A stretch of DNA of 64,000 bases, taken from positions 8,060,001 through 8,124,000 of the forward strand of contig OX597825.1 of NCBI GenBank assembly GCA_951406725.2. Reading direction: 5' to 3'. The DNA is from Octopus vulgaris. Its lineage: Eukaryota. How positions within the stretch are numbered: position 1 is the stretch's first letter; the number at the start of each line of letters is the position of its first letter. The notes below the pieces were generated by a model. The model had not been told where the DNA came from. It ran no database searches and was given only the letters and a program-made list of their open reading frames with translations. Positions 1 to 14,595 of the stretch are shown here, piece by piece. Made by a program: the position numbers and the translations under genes.

Positions 1-129
1 TATATATATATATGTATATACATTGAATACAAAATTTAGAATATCTACCTGGAAGATGTGTCGAAACGCTCAGAACTCGAGGAATGCGTCTGAACCCCTC
101 CCCCACCAAAAAAAAAACACGTTAATGAA

Positions 130-905
130 GACGGGTTATCTCCCCTGAATAAGACTGGGGCGAAAAAAAATGACCTTGTAGCAAACGAGAAAACCTAATT
201 TTCCAGTAAGTAGCGGTTGAAGCGGATACATTTACAAAACACTCTTTGCAGCTTTTTAATGCTCTACGTTTCTTATAGTCCTTAAGAATTATGGCTCTCC
301 GCGATGCAGATCTTGCAACGGATACTTCCATTAATTTACGGGTCCGGATTATGAATTAATTTTGACCTGACATCACATGGGGTCCTTTGATTTTTGAGGT
401 GCCATACATGGCGGGTCAGGGACGTAACAAACCGTGTTTCTGGGATCCTGAAGGATGACTGGTGGTTAAGGAAACGTCGCTTGAATGAAGTATTCACAGA
501 ACCAATATATTTACACACATTGGATGTGGCTCTGTTCGCAATCCTGGTAACATATGACGCGGTGCTGGTCATCCCATCGGTGTCGAAGATAGATATTTAG
601 TCATCTTCTGAAGTGGCGGAACTTGGAAGGGCGGATACCCCCTCCAAGTCGCTGGTCCTAGATAGGTCGTTATTTCTAGGTGTGATGTTTGCACTTGTGA
701 CAACACACATTGCGGGCCTGGTTACTCTATCTCTGTCTATGTTTTGTTCATTATCCCTGGCGGTGTACCGGGGTTTCCTGCGATGCTCTCTGTGAAGCTG
801 GTCCCAGACTGGTCATTATCTCTGGGCGAGGCAATTGTGCTGGCGTGAGAACTGGTTAATCTGCTAATAATATTGCTGATTGATGGCGCATTACAGTTAT
901 TCAGA
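130..905 (-). mobile_element. Penelope-like element remnant: region after RT plus GIY-YIG endonuclease, frameshifted
   Basis: ORF 336..572 reads KYIGSVNTSFKRRFLNHQSSFR...LTRHVWHLK, which fits the PLE GIY-YIG pattern YIG..FK.RF.NH..SF..L.HVW.LK. Downstream frames give SIRCKICIA and AIILK (CxxC), and upstream gives NCNAPSISNIIS. Confidence 0.8.
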
Positions 906-3900
906 TATCGGGTCTAGGTATCAACATAGCCTCATAGATAACTCCTCTAGCCTCACATAAGCATTATATATATATCCAGCAGTTATTATATATCCTGCAA
1001 GAGCAACCTGTTTCCTCCCTTGTATTGTGAGGGTTTCTTTATGTTAGGTGCATAACAAAAGCAAACACTTTGATTATGTCTTAAATACATTACCTAAATG
1101 ATCACTGAGCTTATTTTGCGTTCATTCATCCTGTTGATTATTATAGTTAATTTTTCCTGATGAATCCCTGCTTACCAGAGACGCCAAGAGGGGAAACAAC
1201 TTTATATTGCCGACTATCTGCTCATGTCTTACATTGTTCAGGTTGTAACTACTTCTCACTTATAACGCAGTGTACAATCAAAGACGATTAATGTTCAATA
1301 GAAATATATTTATATTTTGAACTGCTAGATCTTAAGTAATAATCTACAGATGGCTTCTTGAAAAATCTCATAATGTACAATTCGATCGATTTATTGCAGG
1401 TAAAATACCAATTGTAGAACCACACATCTTTCAAATACTCAGACAAACTGGTTCGGGAAAACGTTCACAACGTTTTTAACTACTATTCATTGTGTTTCAT
1501 CTTTCTAAGAAATAAGTTACTGCATAGTCTGAATTGTGTCCAGAATTTGAATATATCTTGATTAAATAATCCAATTTTCGCAATTTACCGATGGAAGAAG
1601 AAAAGAAATACTTCAAAACCACACTCACTCGCTGAAGCTTGTAAACAAAATAGAGCCAAACCCGTGGCTATGCAGGCGTTTTAGAATCTTTTCTTAACGT
1701 GAAGTGTTAAGTCATAAAATGTCTTCGTTTTTATTTCGAACATGTTTTTGTGCAATTTTGTTGCTCATTTACCCATTGAAGGTCGAAATAATGAATGAAA
1801 TATATCTTGTGAATGACTGCCTTTTCTATATTTCCATAATGAATGGTCGCATAGCCAATGAACACCTGAAGAGATGCAGCAGATGGTGGTTTCCATTTCA
1901 AATTAAACTTGATGGAAAAGTAACTAATTCTCCATGTTGTCATCAATTGTGGTATAAAAACGAAAGAATGACAATAAAATGTACCCCAATATAAAAGCAT
2001 TGTAAGTTTTGACATGATAAAATGCATATTTGTTATCATTTGAAGAACGGTAGGTGTATGGTGCTGGCAAAAGGGTAAAAAAAGATGGCACCATGTCCAA
2101 AGAGAGCAATGACATTTGTTATATTTCAGCGTTTTCTCGTCATATACAACAGGCAACTTCAGCACAAAAATAAAATCCGAAAATTAAATTAGGTTCGTAT
2201 ACGTAATGATTTTACTTAAAAATCGTTGGAACAAACATTGATGAAAACCATGACGTATAGGAATCTTTCACCTATTGAAGAGTGTCTTTATGTCATAAAG
2301 AATTGCCGGAGAGGCTACAACTATTAACCCTCAATATCATGATATTAAACGGTTAATCTGAACAGAACAGCCAAAAAATAGGGGGCTCAACAAAGCTTTC
2401 AATTATCCACGAGTTGGATTGCATATCGAAGAAGTTACGAACCTAAAATAGTGGTGCCTTGATCTTATTTCTAGAATTAAAAATATCTCATCATCCGTAG
2501 GTAAATTATGAAAATCGATGATAAAATTTCAATCCCCACAGCCTTTACATAGCAAGAAATTTTAAGAAGGGACACTCGATATCTGAATTCACTTTGCAAG
2601 AGCAGAATGTATCAGGAGAAATTTTTGGATAAATTCATCCGCTTCGTCGAGAAAAGAATAAAATGTTATGGGATTTTAATATTTGTGTGAGGAAGGAAGG
2701 TATTCAGAATGTGATTCTATGTTTTAATCGTTGGCAAACAAAGAAATGAAGAAAGAATTTATGTGCAGTTTTGATACGATAAGTGAGGACGGAGGGAAAG
2801 TATATCAGGCACACCAGATACGTGACTAGGATTCTCAACATTATCACTCTCATAATTTAACATCGTCCTTATAATTTTCCGTCTCCCCTTCTTTTTCCAA
2901 CGTCCACCTCTCCTTTTCGTCCCTCTCCTCCACATCGACATCATATTCACTCAAGTACAGAAAACCATTATAAACATTTTTGCTATGCATCGCAAAGCAT
3001 GATTTAGCGCCAATAAGACGTAACGAAGTTTGCTAATAGCATCTATTTTTCGTATTTGGCCTGTCACTTTATTCTAAAGAATATTGTTTTCTGTATAGTA
3101 ATATGTAGTGGTATCAATCGGTATAAAAAATAATATATCCCATCGTCAGATTGGGTATAATTGAAAATGATTTTTTGTTTTGTGTGTTTGTATTTAACAA
3201 TAATAGTATTTTTGAGCATGTTATATGATTAACAGAATATCAAACAAAATCAGCTGCAAAATTATTTGCAAACCTTATTGTAATGACGTGAGTTTACAGA
3301 ATATGGCTATTGGTTAAATGTAAGAAAGCTGCCATCTTATGTCGGTGATGTAGTTGATGGACAAACAGTCAGTATATCAGTCGATAGACATAAATATCAG
3401 TAGAATAATATAGGAACATAGTACACCAACCACCAACCACACAACAGTAATAGCGTTTAAAGAACTCAGTAAACCATTATTGTAAAATATATTTCCCCTT
3501 TGCCGACAGTGTTTTGATATTTTGTGAAATGTTTTCGGTAAAACATATTCTAATCTTAAATGTGAACAGCAGTATATATTCTCCAACATACTACAAAATT
3601 ATACTTATTCGTGAATTAATAGCTTTTGATATCTTAGTAGGACTTTTGATTAATAACAAACTATATATATATCCATTGCTGCTACTTACCAAGTATAAGT
3701 AAATATGCAAATCAAATTCGCCCTAGATGTTCGAAGAAGTTCAACAATTAATGCGTTAGACGTTTTGCAAATTTTCACCAAATAGATTTATTAAAGTTGT
3801 TTATCAATTTTCCTGGGAAGATTTATCGAACTCGGCTTCAATATAGAAATAGTAATTTTACAAAATTGAAGAATTAATTTTACTAGAGCTCTGAGTAAGA

Positions 3901-4237
3901 TTGCATTAGTGACACTGTTTATATGACATGATTTACGTGACACAGATGTTGATATTGAAGTTAATGCTTGACGACTGGCGCCAGACATTTCTTCATCTTA
4001 TATCAATGATTGTTTATTACTTGTTTTTCACTGTCAAGCTAATTTCTTTTAATACGTATTTAAATTATCTATTATCAGATAAACTTTCACTGCAACTAGT
4101 GCTCATATCAGTTGTATTAAGGTAATACCGACAACAACACTGATAACTATTACAACAATAGTGACGAGGCTGATTACTTTAATTTGCCACAGGACTCTCG
4201 TTTGGTGGGGACTCTACAAAGACAAGTTATATATATG

Positions 4238-4286
<49 letters not shown>

Positions 4287-4289
<3 letters not shown>

Positions 4290-4650
4290 AGTAGTTGAAT
4301 GAATTATCTTATTATGGATAATTCGGTTAACCGATACCTGTGTAGCAAGTTCCCGTCAGAAAAACACGGTTGAAGCTACATGCCTAGGGCAGAGATCACG
4401 TGCTTTCGTGTGGAAATTTGTGTGTTTTTTAAATACAAATAAATGAAAGAATGGGGTTGAACGACGAATTAACAAAATTCCTTTATTTTCGACATATGTT
4501 TCGAAGGCTGCATATTCCTAATTTCGAAAGAATAAGGGGTGCATTATGCACCCCATATTTCTACGAAATTAGGAATATGCATCCTTCGAAACATATGTCG
4601 AAAATAAAGGAATTTTGTTAATTCGTCGTTCAACTTCATTCTTTCATTTA
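4287..4650. mobile_element. (TA)n-embedded foldback element, copy 1 (about 150-bp unique part plus 211-bp palindrome 4440-4650)
   Basis: Near-perfect inverted repeat centred on 4545, with (TA)n on both sides. A second copy lies at 62959-63270. Confidence 0.85.
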
Positions 4651-4657
4651 TATATAT

Positions 4658-4722
<65 letters not shown>

Positions 4723-5588
4723 GGAGGGGTGATGAGATTACGTAAAATGAAACGATTGAAGAAAAATAAGGAATTATATAAGAACATACTTAGTATATAA
4801 ATATAGCTGATACATAATTGATTCAGTCTGTAGGAAAAATTTAATTATTATAATTAGGGAGACACACAAACTAACGTTTCCCTTGTACATGAAGAGCAAG
4901 TGAGATTTCCTAGCTATTGTTCTCCGACCAAGGGGCACACGAACACAGAGGAGATACAGGCACATCCATTTTGTTTTTACCAAATTCAATAAAAATTGGG
5001 TGCGGGCACCATTTTAAATATTCACCAATGCTTAGCAGCGAATACTTAGATCAGATACAAGTTCCAAAATGACTTAAAGCAGCAGATGTGAAACTAGCAA
5101 GAAATATCTCCAATAACAAAATACCAGCGGAAATATCTTGCTCTATATCTTGACATTTGCGGGCCGAAATAGAATTTGGATACATTGTAGTGATGGACAA
5201 AATGAAGGAAAATTTTAAAGCATCTACACTTCATTAACGTATCGAAGTCTTTGCTCCCTTTTCAATCCTGACTTACGATTCCGAAAACTTTCCCGGCACA
5301 AACATCAGAAATGCTATTCTCCTGCAACGATTTTCTTTCTTTTTCTTTTTTAAATCTCCAGTACGAAATCTAGTAATTGATAATCTCTCAGTAGATACTT
5401 CTGTATAAGGTGTACTAAGTGCTAGGTCTTAGTTTCCATTATCTCTCGTTAATATCGCACTTAGATGTTGGTAATCATTCGAGTTATTATTGCATTAGCT
5501 GTCAACAGGCGCACACCAAACCGCTCACACAAACAAATAGTATACATGAATACATATGTACATATATTCACACAACACATACACACAG

Positions 5589-5589
<1 letters not shown>

Positions 5590-5686
<97 letters not shown>

Positions 5687-5857
5687 AAATATATATATAT
5701 AAATACACACACACACATATATATATACATATACATACACACATATATATACACATACACACATATATATATATACATATATATATATGTATATATATAT
5801 GTGTGTATGTATATAAATATATATATATTATATATATACATACATATATATATATAC

Positions 5858-5888
<31 letters not shown>

Positions 5889-5901
5889 CATATATATATA
5901 C

Positions 5902-5974
<73 letters not shown>

Positions 5975-6110
5975 CATATATGTATATATATGCACATATA
6001 TATATATATATTGTCTGTAGGAGCATTTGTGTGTGCGCATGTATCTATGTATGTATACATGCACAAATATATATATATATGTTGATGTGTGTGTGTGTGT
6101 GTATACATGC
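5590..6110. repeat. (TA)n/(CA)n compound microsatellite
   Basis: Directly visible. Similar tracts occur at about 6510-6850, 7945-8240, 22030-22190, 24070-24350 and 43805-44040. Confidence 0.95.
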
Positions 6111-6534
6111 ACAAAGATGTGTTCGAGTGTGTGCATGACGACCTGGAAGATAAATGTTTGTTTGTTCTGCGCAGTAAACTTTCCCAGTGATTTTATGTGT
6201 GATTACACAATGCTGGTTAATAATGCCCTCTCTGCATCCTGAAACTCTGTCTGGCAATGACAATACGATACATTACATTTCTATGCAACCATATTAAATG
6301 CTAACATTTTATCCTACGCAAACGCACGCCCATCACCGCAAGAAAAAACAGACGCACGTATCATACATAGTGGCATATATGCACATCAGCAAAGGCAGTT
6401 TCAGTCACTTGCTAAGAATCAAACTTATACACACAACACACACACACACACACAAACATACAGAGATGCCCCTACAAACAGATACACACAATCAGATACC
6501 GCATTATATATGTAGGCGTGTGTGTATATGTATA

Positions 6535-6601
<67 letters not shown>

Positions 6602-6746
6602 GTATATAAATGTATGTATGCATATATATATATATATATATATATATGTGTATATATATATATGCATATATACACACATATACATACATATATGTATTTG
6701 TATATGTTTCATATATATGCGTGTATATATATACATATATATATGC

Positions 6747-6787
<41 letters not shown>

Positions 6788-7183
6788 TATATATATATAT
6801 ATATATATACATGTATATACATGTATATATGTAAGTGTATGTGCGTGTGTGTGCACTAGTGTATGCATGTATGTCTGTATGCCTAACGTATGATTAATGT
6901 ATGTCTAAATGTACAGTGTATTTCCTGCACGCATTCAAGAATGAATGTCAGTTTTGTGACCTTTGTTGATTAAGGGTTCTCTCATTCACTGCATTCTCCG
7001 ATCAGCCCTATTGACATTTGCAACAGAAGAGTTGAGCCAATTCCTGTAATGAATCTCAATCGAAGCACGTTACTTATTGTCTGTCTTACTACAGAGCTTT
7101 CAGTGGTTTTGAAATTTTGCCCCCTGAGCCTTAAGCCTCTCTTGTTCAAAGCAGTATATATATATATATGGAGGGATTAATCT

Positions 7184-7480
7184 CTTCTTCTTCTTCTTCT
7201 TCTTCTTCTTCTTCTTCTTCTTCTTCTTCTTCTTCTTCTTCTTCTTCTTCTTCTTCTTCTTCTTTTTTCTTCTTCTTTTTCTTCTTCTTTTTCTTCTTCT
7301 TCTTTTTCCCCCTAGAATTAAATAGTAATAATAATAATAATAATAATAATTATAATAATAATAATAATAATAACAAATCACAATAATAAATACAAAGATA
7401 CAATTAATAAGAAAATGTTTAAAAACAGTAATATCAACAATAATCCGAAAATAAGGAACAATATACTACTACTACTGCTG

Positions 7481-7543
<63 letters not shown>

Positions 7544-7705
7544 ATACTACTGCTGCTGCTGCTACCAATAATTATAATAATATCAATAATAATGATGATG
7601 ATGATGATAATGATGATGATAACCACAACCACAACAACGATAATAATATTAATAATAATAATAAGAAGAAGAATAATAAGAATAATGAGAATAATAAGAA
7701 TAATA
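7184..7705. repeat. Compound trinucleotide microsatellite (TTC)n-(AAT)n-(CTA)n-(GAT)n
   Basis: Directly visible. Confidence 0.95.
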
Positions 7706-7943
7706 ATCCGTCTTATAACAATAAGTCGCCGCACGTCCATAATACTTAGTTGGGCACAGTTTTAGAGGAAGATGGGGTTTGATAGTATTCAGGCCCTTTA
7801 ATAATTAACAATTCAGTAATAAATAGTATCTTCCTTTTGGAGCTTGTGAAGGGATTTTAAAATTATATGCAGATCGGTTCATAAATACAATCTATGTATG
7901 CATGATTGTATAAAGATTAAATCCCTGTGCCTGTGTATACATA

Positions 7944-8035
<92 letters not shown>

Positions 8036-8116
8036 TATATATCTATGTATATTTATGTATATACATATATATATATATACGTATATATACATATATATAT
8101 ATACATATATATACAC

Positions 8117-8168
<52 letters not shown>

Positions 8169-8189
8169 ATATGTATATGTATAGATATG

Positions 8190-8237
<48 letters not shown>

Positions 8238-8921
8238 CATTGTATGTATGCGTATAGAAAGGCTGTATATATGCTCCTATGTACTTAGGCGTATAAATGT
8301 GTTGTCTGTGGGTGTTGATGTAAATATACTTGTCTACGTTTATATATAACAACGATAAAATGCAAGACAACGCAAATATCAAGTCTTCTGCAAACAGGTT
8401 GGTCAGAGATATGACTCTGAAACAAATAAACGAAATATCTTGACCAGACGTTAAACAAAATATTTCTATATGCAGACTAATAAAGAGTGTCCTAGTCACT
8501 ACAGTAACCAAATAAATGTCTCTACGTTTTTTTTGCTTTTGTGTTTTTTACTTCCTGCAAATTAAGCACGCTTCGGAGCACATTATCCATATGGATATAT
8601 TTTTGACCGCCTAAATTTCTTTTTCCTACATATCAAACTTCCCATGTCGAACAGAGATAACGCCGCTTATCTATTAGCTGTCATTTTTGTTTTCAATTTT
8701 TCTTGTTAGCCACTTCCTACGACAGACTAAAAGCGAGTGTATACAATGCCACAATGCGAGGAAGATGTATAATGGTTTTCTATGTTGATACAAGAACGGG
8801 TGGGGGTTCTAGGTTGGTTTGACAATTATCGGTGGCAACAATTTTTTCTCTAAAAATAGATAGGATGTTTAACTGATAAACACGCATTCAGCCAAAAGGA
8901 AGCAGCACGGAGGGGTACCCA

Positions 8922-9021
8922 AATAATAATAATGATGATGATGATGATGAAGATGATGATGATGATGACGATGATGATGATGATGATGATGATGATAATT
9001 ATGATAATAATAATAATAATG

Positions 9022-9087
<66 letters not shown>

Positions 9088-9096
9088 GTAATAATT
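8922..9096. repeat. (GAT)n(AAT)n microsatellite
   Basis: Directly visible; abuts the R4/Dong-like fragment. Confidence 0.95.
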
Positions 9097-9362
9097 GAAA
9101 CCGTATGGCATATTACCAGCCAATGTGCGCCACTAGCCCAGAAGGAATATAAGAGACGCCTAGACAATATAGCCAGGTTTGTGCATTGGACACTTTGCAA
9201 CAAGTATGGACTTGACGGAGCAAAAAATTGGTATGATCACTAACCTGAAGGTATCATCGAAAATAAAAATGTAAACGTAAAGATCCGAAGTGATTTTATG
9301 ATTCAGTGTGACCATGAGACAGAGAATAAGAAGACGGATGGAGTCTTAATTGAGAAAGAAAC
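9097..9362 (+). mobile_element. R4/Dong-clade non-LTR retrotransposon fragment (zinc knuckle to restriction-like endonuclease)
   Basis: ETVWHITSQCAPLAQKEYKRRLDNIARFVHWTLCNKYGL...WYDH*PEGIIEN...DFMIQCDH fits the R4/Dong pattern ETxxHIxxxC..Y..RHD..H..LC.KY..WY.H.PE..EN..WDF.IQ.D. It starts right after (TAA)n. Confidence 0.85.
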
Positions 9363-9558
9363 ATAATGCAGGATTTGTATGGAGTTCCCTTCTCTTAGAT
9401 GAGCAACTGAAAAGCTGTTCATCTCTCCGGGATCCGTTGAAGTACCTCTGACTAAGCTTCTTCCGGAGTCAATTCCATAATATCTTTATTAACTCACATT
9501 AACTACTACCGGTCGGAGTAAATTTGGGAACATCAATTTGCTCGAACATTACGGATAC

Positions 9559-9755
9559 AGGCGCAGAAGTGGCTGTGTGGTAGGTAGCTTGCTTACCAAC
9601 CACAGTAAGGTTCCGGGTTAAGTCCCACTGCGTGGCACCTTGGGCAAGTGTCTTCTTCTATAGCCTCAGGCCGAGCAAAGCCTTGTGAGTGGATTTGGTA
9701 GACGGAAACTGAAATAAGCCCGTCGTATATATGTATATGTATATGTATATATATT

Positions 9756-9845
<90 letters not shown>

Positions 9846-10078
9846 TCTGTGTGTGTGTGTGTGTGTGTTTGCGTGTCTGTGTTTCTCCGCCCAACATCGC
9901 TTGAAAACGGATATTGGTGTGTTTACGTCCCCGTAACATTAGCGATTCGGCAAAAGATACCGATAGAATAAGTACTAGGCTTACAAATAATAAGTCTTGG
10001 GGGCGATTTGTTCGACTAAAGTAGTGCTCCCGCATGGCCGCAGTCAAATGACTGAAACAAGTAAAAGAGTAAAGAGAG
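9559..10078 (+). mobile_element. SINE family A (tRNA-like head, CORE-like domain, internal (TA)n(TG)n), full length
   Basis: A-box-like GTGGCTGTGTGG, B-box-like GGGTT(A/C)AGTCCC, CORE-like CACCTTGGGCAAGTG, and 3' end TGACTGAAACAAGTAAAAGAG. Many copies in the window. Confidence 0.9.
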
Positions 10079-10337
10079 AGAGTACAAGTTTGAAGGCTTT
10101 AAGCAGCTTCCTATCGGGACAATATATAAACATTGTTGTTTCTAAACAAATTAGCGTTGTCTCATTCATGTTACCTCTGTTAAAAGGAATTGTCCAGCCA
10201 GATTGCTTTCTTCTGAGAACTCTTTCAGTCGTAATGATTGTCCCCAACTATATGTATTTTTCTTTCTGAGGATTCTCAAAGATTCGCTTTCTATGGACAT
10301 GGTCATTCCCATATTCATATCTAAGATCGATCATTAT

Positions 10338-10737
10338 TCTTTTCTACTCTAGGCACAAGTCCCGAAATTTTGGAGGAGGGGGCTAGTCGATTAGATTGAC
10401 CCTAGTACGCAACTGGTACTTAATTTATCGACCCCGAAAGGATGAAAGGCAAAGACGACCTCGGTGGAACTTGAACTCAGAACGTAGCGGCAGACGAAAT
10501 ACCTATTTCTTTATTACCCACAACGGGCTAAACACAGAGGGGACAAAAAAGGACAGACAAACTGATGAAGTCTATTATATCGACCCCAGTGCGTAACTGG
10601 TACTTATTTAATTGACCCCAAAAGGATGAAAGGCAATGTCGACCTCGGCGGAATTTGAACTCAGAACGTAGCGGCAGACGAAATACTGAAAAACATGTCG
10701 CACGGCGTGCTAACGATTCTTCCAGAGCGCCGCCTTA
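10338..10737 (-). mobile_element. SINE family B (tRNA head plus Nin/Deu-like domain), two tandem partial units
   Basis: The reverse complement contains GCCTTTCATCCTTT(C/T)GGGGTC(G/A)AT(A/T)AA.TAAGTACCAG twice. Confidence 0.85.
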
Positions 10738-10757
10738 TTATTAAAATAATGAAAGAG

Positions 10758-10975
10758 GAGTGTCTTGATTGGCTGAATCGTTAGAGCGTCGGAGAAAATA
10801 ACTTGCAGTAATTCTTCCGACTCCTTACATTCTGATTTGAAATCCTTTGCTTTTAATCATTTCGTGGTCAATAAGATAAAATACCACTAGCAGGCAATCA
10901 AATAGTGGTATCGATGATATCGACCAAGCCTCTCCCATGAAATTTCTAACCTTATGACTGTCTTTGGAAGATTAG
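10758..10975 (+). mobile_element. Degenerate SINE family B copy, head-to-head with the previous copy
   Basis: TTGGCTGAATCGTTAGAGCGTCGG head and CTTTTAATCATTTCGTGGTCAATAAGATAAAATACCA domain remnant. Confidence 0.6.
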
Positions 10976-11349
10976 AAGTAAAAAAGATAGAAAAATAATG
11001 GAAGAAAATATCAAAGAGAAAAGGAATGGTTAATACAAGAAAGAGAGGCATACAATTAATTAGGTAGGAGAGAAAGACACGAGGCATGTACGAAAAGAGA
11101 GAGGAAGGAGAGAAAGGCAGAAAGAATCAAAGAAAACAAAAAAGAGAGAAAGAAAGAGGTGAACGAATGAAAATAGTTAAAATAAATTAGGGGTTGAATG
11201 CAAAGTTATTTTTTCAGAGAAACATTAGAAGATTCGGATGGAAAATTGATGAATTATAGGGTTTGTGTGTCCAGCGGATTAAACTCTCTCCACAGTAACA
11301 ATTAATATTATATTAACCACGAATGTGAATAATATGAATTACTCGACTA

Positions 11350-11619
11350 AAAATACGGCAACTTCCTAAAATGAGCAAAATACCGCAACATCCTAATACC
11401 AGGAAAATAGTGCAACATTCTAAACTGTGCGAAATTGTATTACATCATAGAATGAGCAAAATATTGCAACATCTGAAAATGAGGAAAATATCGTAACGTC
11501 GTAAAATGAGGAAAATATTGTAACGTTCTAAAATGAGGGAAATAATGCAATTTTGTGAAATGAGTAAAATACGGAAGCATCTTAAAATGAGGAAAATAAA
11601 ACAACATATTAAAATGAGT
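11350..11619. repeat. 27-bp minisatellite, 10 diverged units with no indels
   Basis: Consensus approximately AAAATATTGCAACATCCTAAAATGAGG; 10 x 27 = 270 bp. Confidence 0.9.
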
Positions 11620-13395
11620 CGAAGATTCAAAGATTAGATTGGAAACAGAATACATTGAAAAAAAAAAGTAAATAAAAATGAAAGTATGATAATCTGAAAG
11701 TGCTTTATTGTTTAAAGAGAAAAATATGAATTTCTGCAATTAGGTGATTGGTTATATGGTGAACACGTAAGTAATAACATTGCACATAACTACATGGCAG
11801 CAATTCTATAAGATTACAGGAGAAACTAAAGCGAATATGGCCGTGTAGTTAGCAACAGATGACAAAGTAGAAATTCTGACAAAGGTTAACCATTTCTTAA
11901 GTACCACTGATAATTCGAATAATTTTGCTTATGAGCGTGAAGAGAGATTAACTCGGCTAAATTTAAGGTCGTTTAAGTTAGGAAGAATATTATTAGAAAT
12001 ATTGATAACAGGAATAACTGCAAAGAATGCGAATAGTGTAAGAATCGTGAAACCCTTTCCTCAGTCGACTTTTACTCACCGATAATTAATGAGTTACTGA
12101 ACGCGACATTATATCTTGCTGAGATATACAACACTTTAATCGATAATACTAGTGAATCGATTATTCGGTGCGAGAAGATCTACAAGGGCCTTGCTCTTTG
12201 ACATGGGCTCGGCTTGGGTTAAGAGATCATATCCACGCAGATCATTCGATATTGACATGGAATCGTTTGTTACTGCAGATATTTGCGACCGCATTGAATT
12301 ATTCATATCAGATGTTTTGAAGAGAATCTACCCGTTTTGATACGTATAATCTGTGTGCTGGTGCTGAGTTGGCTATTTCCAAATACACGAATGGCCATAT
12401 ATTCCACAGGCTGAAAATACTTTCCAGATATTTCTACCTGAATATTATAAAAGCAACTTAGCAATATTTTATTTACTGGGAATTCGCATTTATGTAATGA
12501 CGCATATGAAACGCTTCAGAAAACGAAATAGGAAATTTATTTACCAAAATTCAAAGCCACACCTCTCCTTCATTTAAGGGACTTTATAGAAAAACTATGT
12601 TAAATCATTTCAGATCTGCTATACAATAAGGAATCTTTCGATAGAGCCGGTTGCTGCAGCAGGATATAATTAAATAATCACAAAGACAACTAGCTCAGGG
12701 CAGCCAAAGCAGAAATGTGTAGAAACATATAGTTCGCGTGGAAATCCTCATTCAATATCAAGTCGACACTATAGGAAGTCTCCCTCGCATTAATTATTAT
12801 TTTCCCTTTCAGCTTATATAAATACTGATGTGTGTGTGTGTTTGTGAGTGTGTATGCGTCCATGTGTGTGTTTATAAATAAGATTGCAGCGATATAGCCT
12901 TTCATATGTATAATCGATGACGGACGCCATTTGTATAACTGCGATATGTGAATATGCCATTGAAATATTGTTGCTTTTATCTATGTCATTCCTATAAAGT
13001 TATCAGCAACACTAATCTATGTATTACTTATAAATGAGGCAATAACATACATCTATTTTACGTCGATCCGCATTGTATATACCAAAACTAGATACTATTA
13101 TAGTTGCGGAAGTACACATATCTGTTTCAGATAATGATACTTGCGCGCAGACACACACGCACACATACAGACACACAGACACACACACACACACACACGC
13201 AACCTTACACACTCAAACACACACAGACAGACACATGTACAGTATCATACAAAAACAGTTAGACACATGCGTAATATCATGCACAAACACACAATCAAAT
13301 GTGATTTCATACACACTCATATATCCATATGCATATACATACATAAGCACACACTAACACATAAACCACGTGATATATGAACTCTTATTTATATT

Positions 13396-13792
13396 ATTTT
13401 ATTCTTTAACTTTTTTTCAATCATTTGACTGCGGCCATATTGGAGCACCGTCTCAACGGGCTTTTTGGTCGAAGAAATCGACCCAAAGACTTATTGTGTA
13501 TAAGCCTGTTACTTATTCTATCGGCGACGTAGCCAAACCCACATCGGTTGTCAAGCGATGGTGGGGCTACAAATGCAGATAGAAGACACACACGCATAGA
13601 TTACACACACACACACACACATATATATAGGACGTGCTTCTTTCAGTTTCCGTTTAGCAAATCCACTCACAATGCGTTGTCGGCCCGAGGCTATAGCAGA
13701 AGGCACTTGCATAAGGTGCCACGAAGTGGGACAGAACCAGAAACCACGTGGTTGGAAAGCAAGCTTCTTACCACACAGCCAAACCTGCGTCT
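13396..13792 (-). mobile_element. SINE family A, with internal deletion
   Basis: Reverse-complement match to 9559-10078. Confidence 0.85.
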
Positions 13793-14375
13793 GTCTGTGT
13801 TTGTGTGGGAATATACTTTTCTGAAGCATCAATTCGAGATAAAACTTCCTACCTATTTCTTTTCCTTTTTTAAAGGCATATACTGAGGGCGAGCTTATCC
13901 ATGGTGAAGCTTTCGTGCTTTGATGTTGCGTTAATTAACCAATTAGGAGGATTAATTTAGATTAATGCGCTTAAATGCAATCCTTGTTTCCGGAATGTTC
14001 TGACTCAAAGGCTCGTTTGAAGAATCCATATTGTTGCTGTGTTAAATTCAATTTAAGCAAGCACAGGATGAAGATTGTGAAGGGTAAGTCAGAAGTTGTT
14101 GGCATTGGTTTTCTGAAGCATCAGTTCTTCATAAGTGCCCCAAATATGGGATGGTATATCGTGGAGGGTCATACCCACGTCCTAATAGATTAGTGGTACA
14201 AGAATGCACCAATATTCACTAGAAAGAGCAGTCGATACAATTACGACGCTATAATAAAACTTCACTGCGTATATACTAGCGAAGAGGTGTGAGTGCAATA
14301 AACATGAAAATTTTGTCTTACCTCTACAAAGAAAATTCGATAAATGGACAACCCAGAATTGGATAATGCAGGACC

Positions 14376-14542
14376 AGGCGCAGGAGCGGTGGTAAGTAGC
14401 TTGCTTACCAACCACGTGGTTCCTGATTCAGTCCCACTGCGTAGCACCTTGGGCAAATGTCTTATAATATAGCCGCGGGCCGACCAAAGCCTTGTGAGTG
14501 GATTTAGTAGACGGAAACTGAAAGAAGCCCGTCGTAATTATG

Positions 14543-14595
<53 letters not shown>

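Noticed and set aside
1704-2165. 144-aa minus-strand ORF and overlapping ORFs
   Set aside because: No recognisable domain or splice structure; could be decayed coding DNA but cannot be assigned
5419-8511. Many long ORFs rich in YI/CV/HT dipeptides or homopolymers, here and across the window
   Set aside because: They are read-throughs of (TA)n, (TG)n and trinucleotide microsatellites, which lack stops in several frames
9559-9635. SINE heads as functional tRNA genes
   Set aside because: No complete cloverleaf, and they continue into multicopy SINE bodies
11350-11619. CRISPR-like array
   Set aside because: Units are contiguous tandem repeats with no unique spacers, the context is eukaryotic, and there are no cas genes
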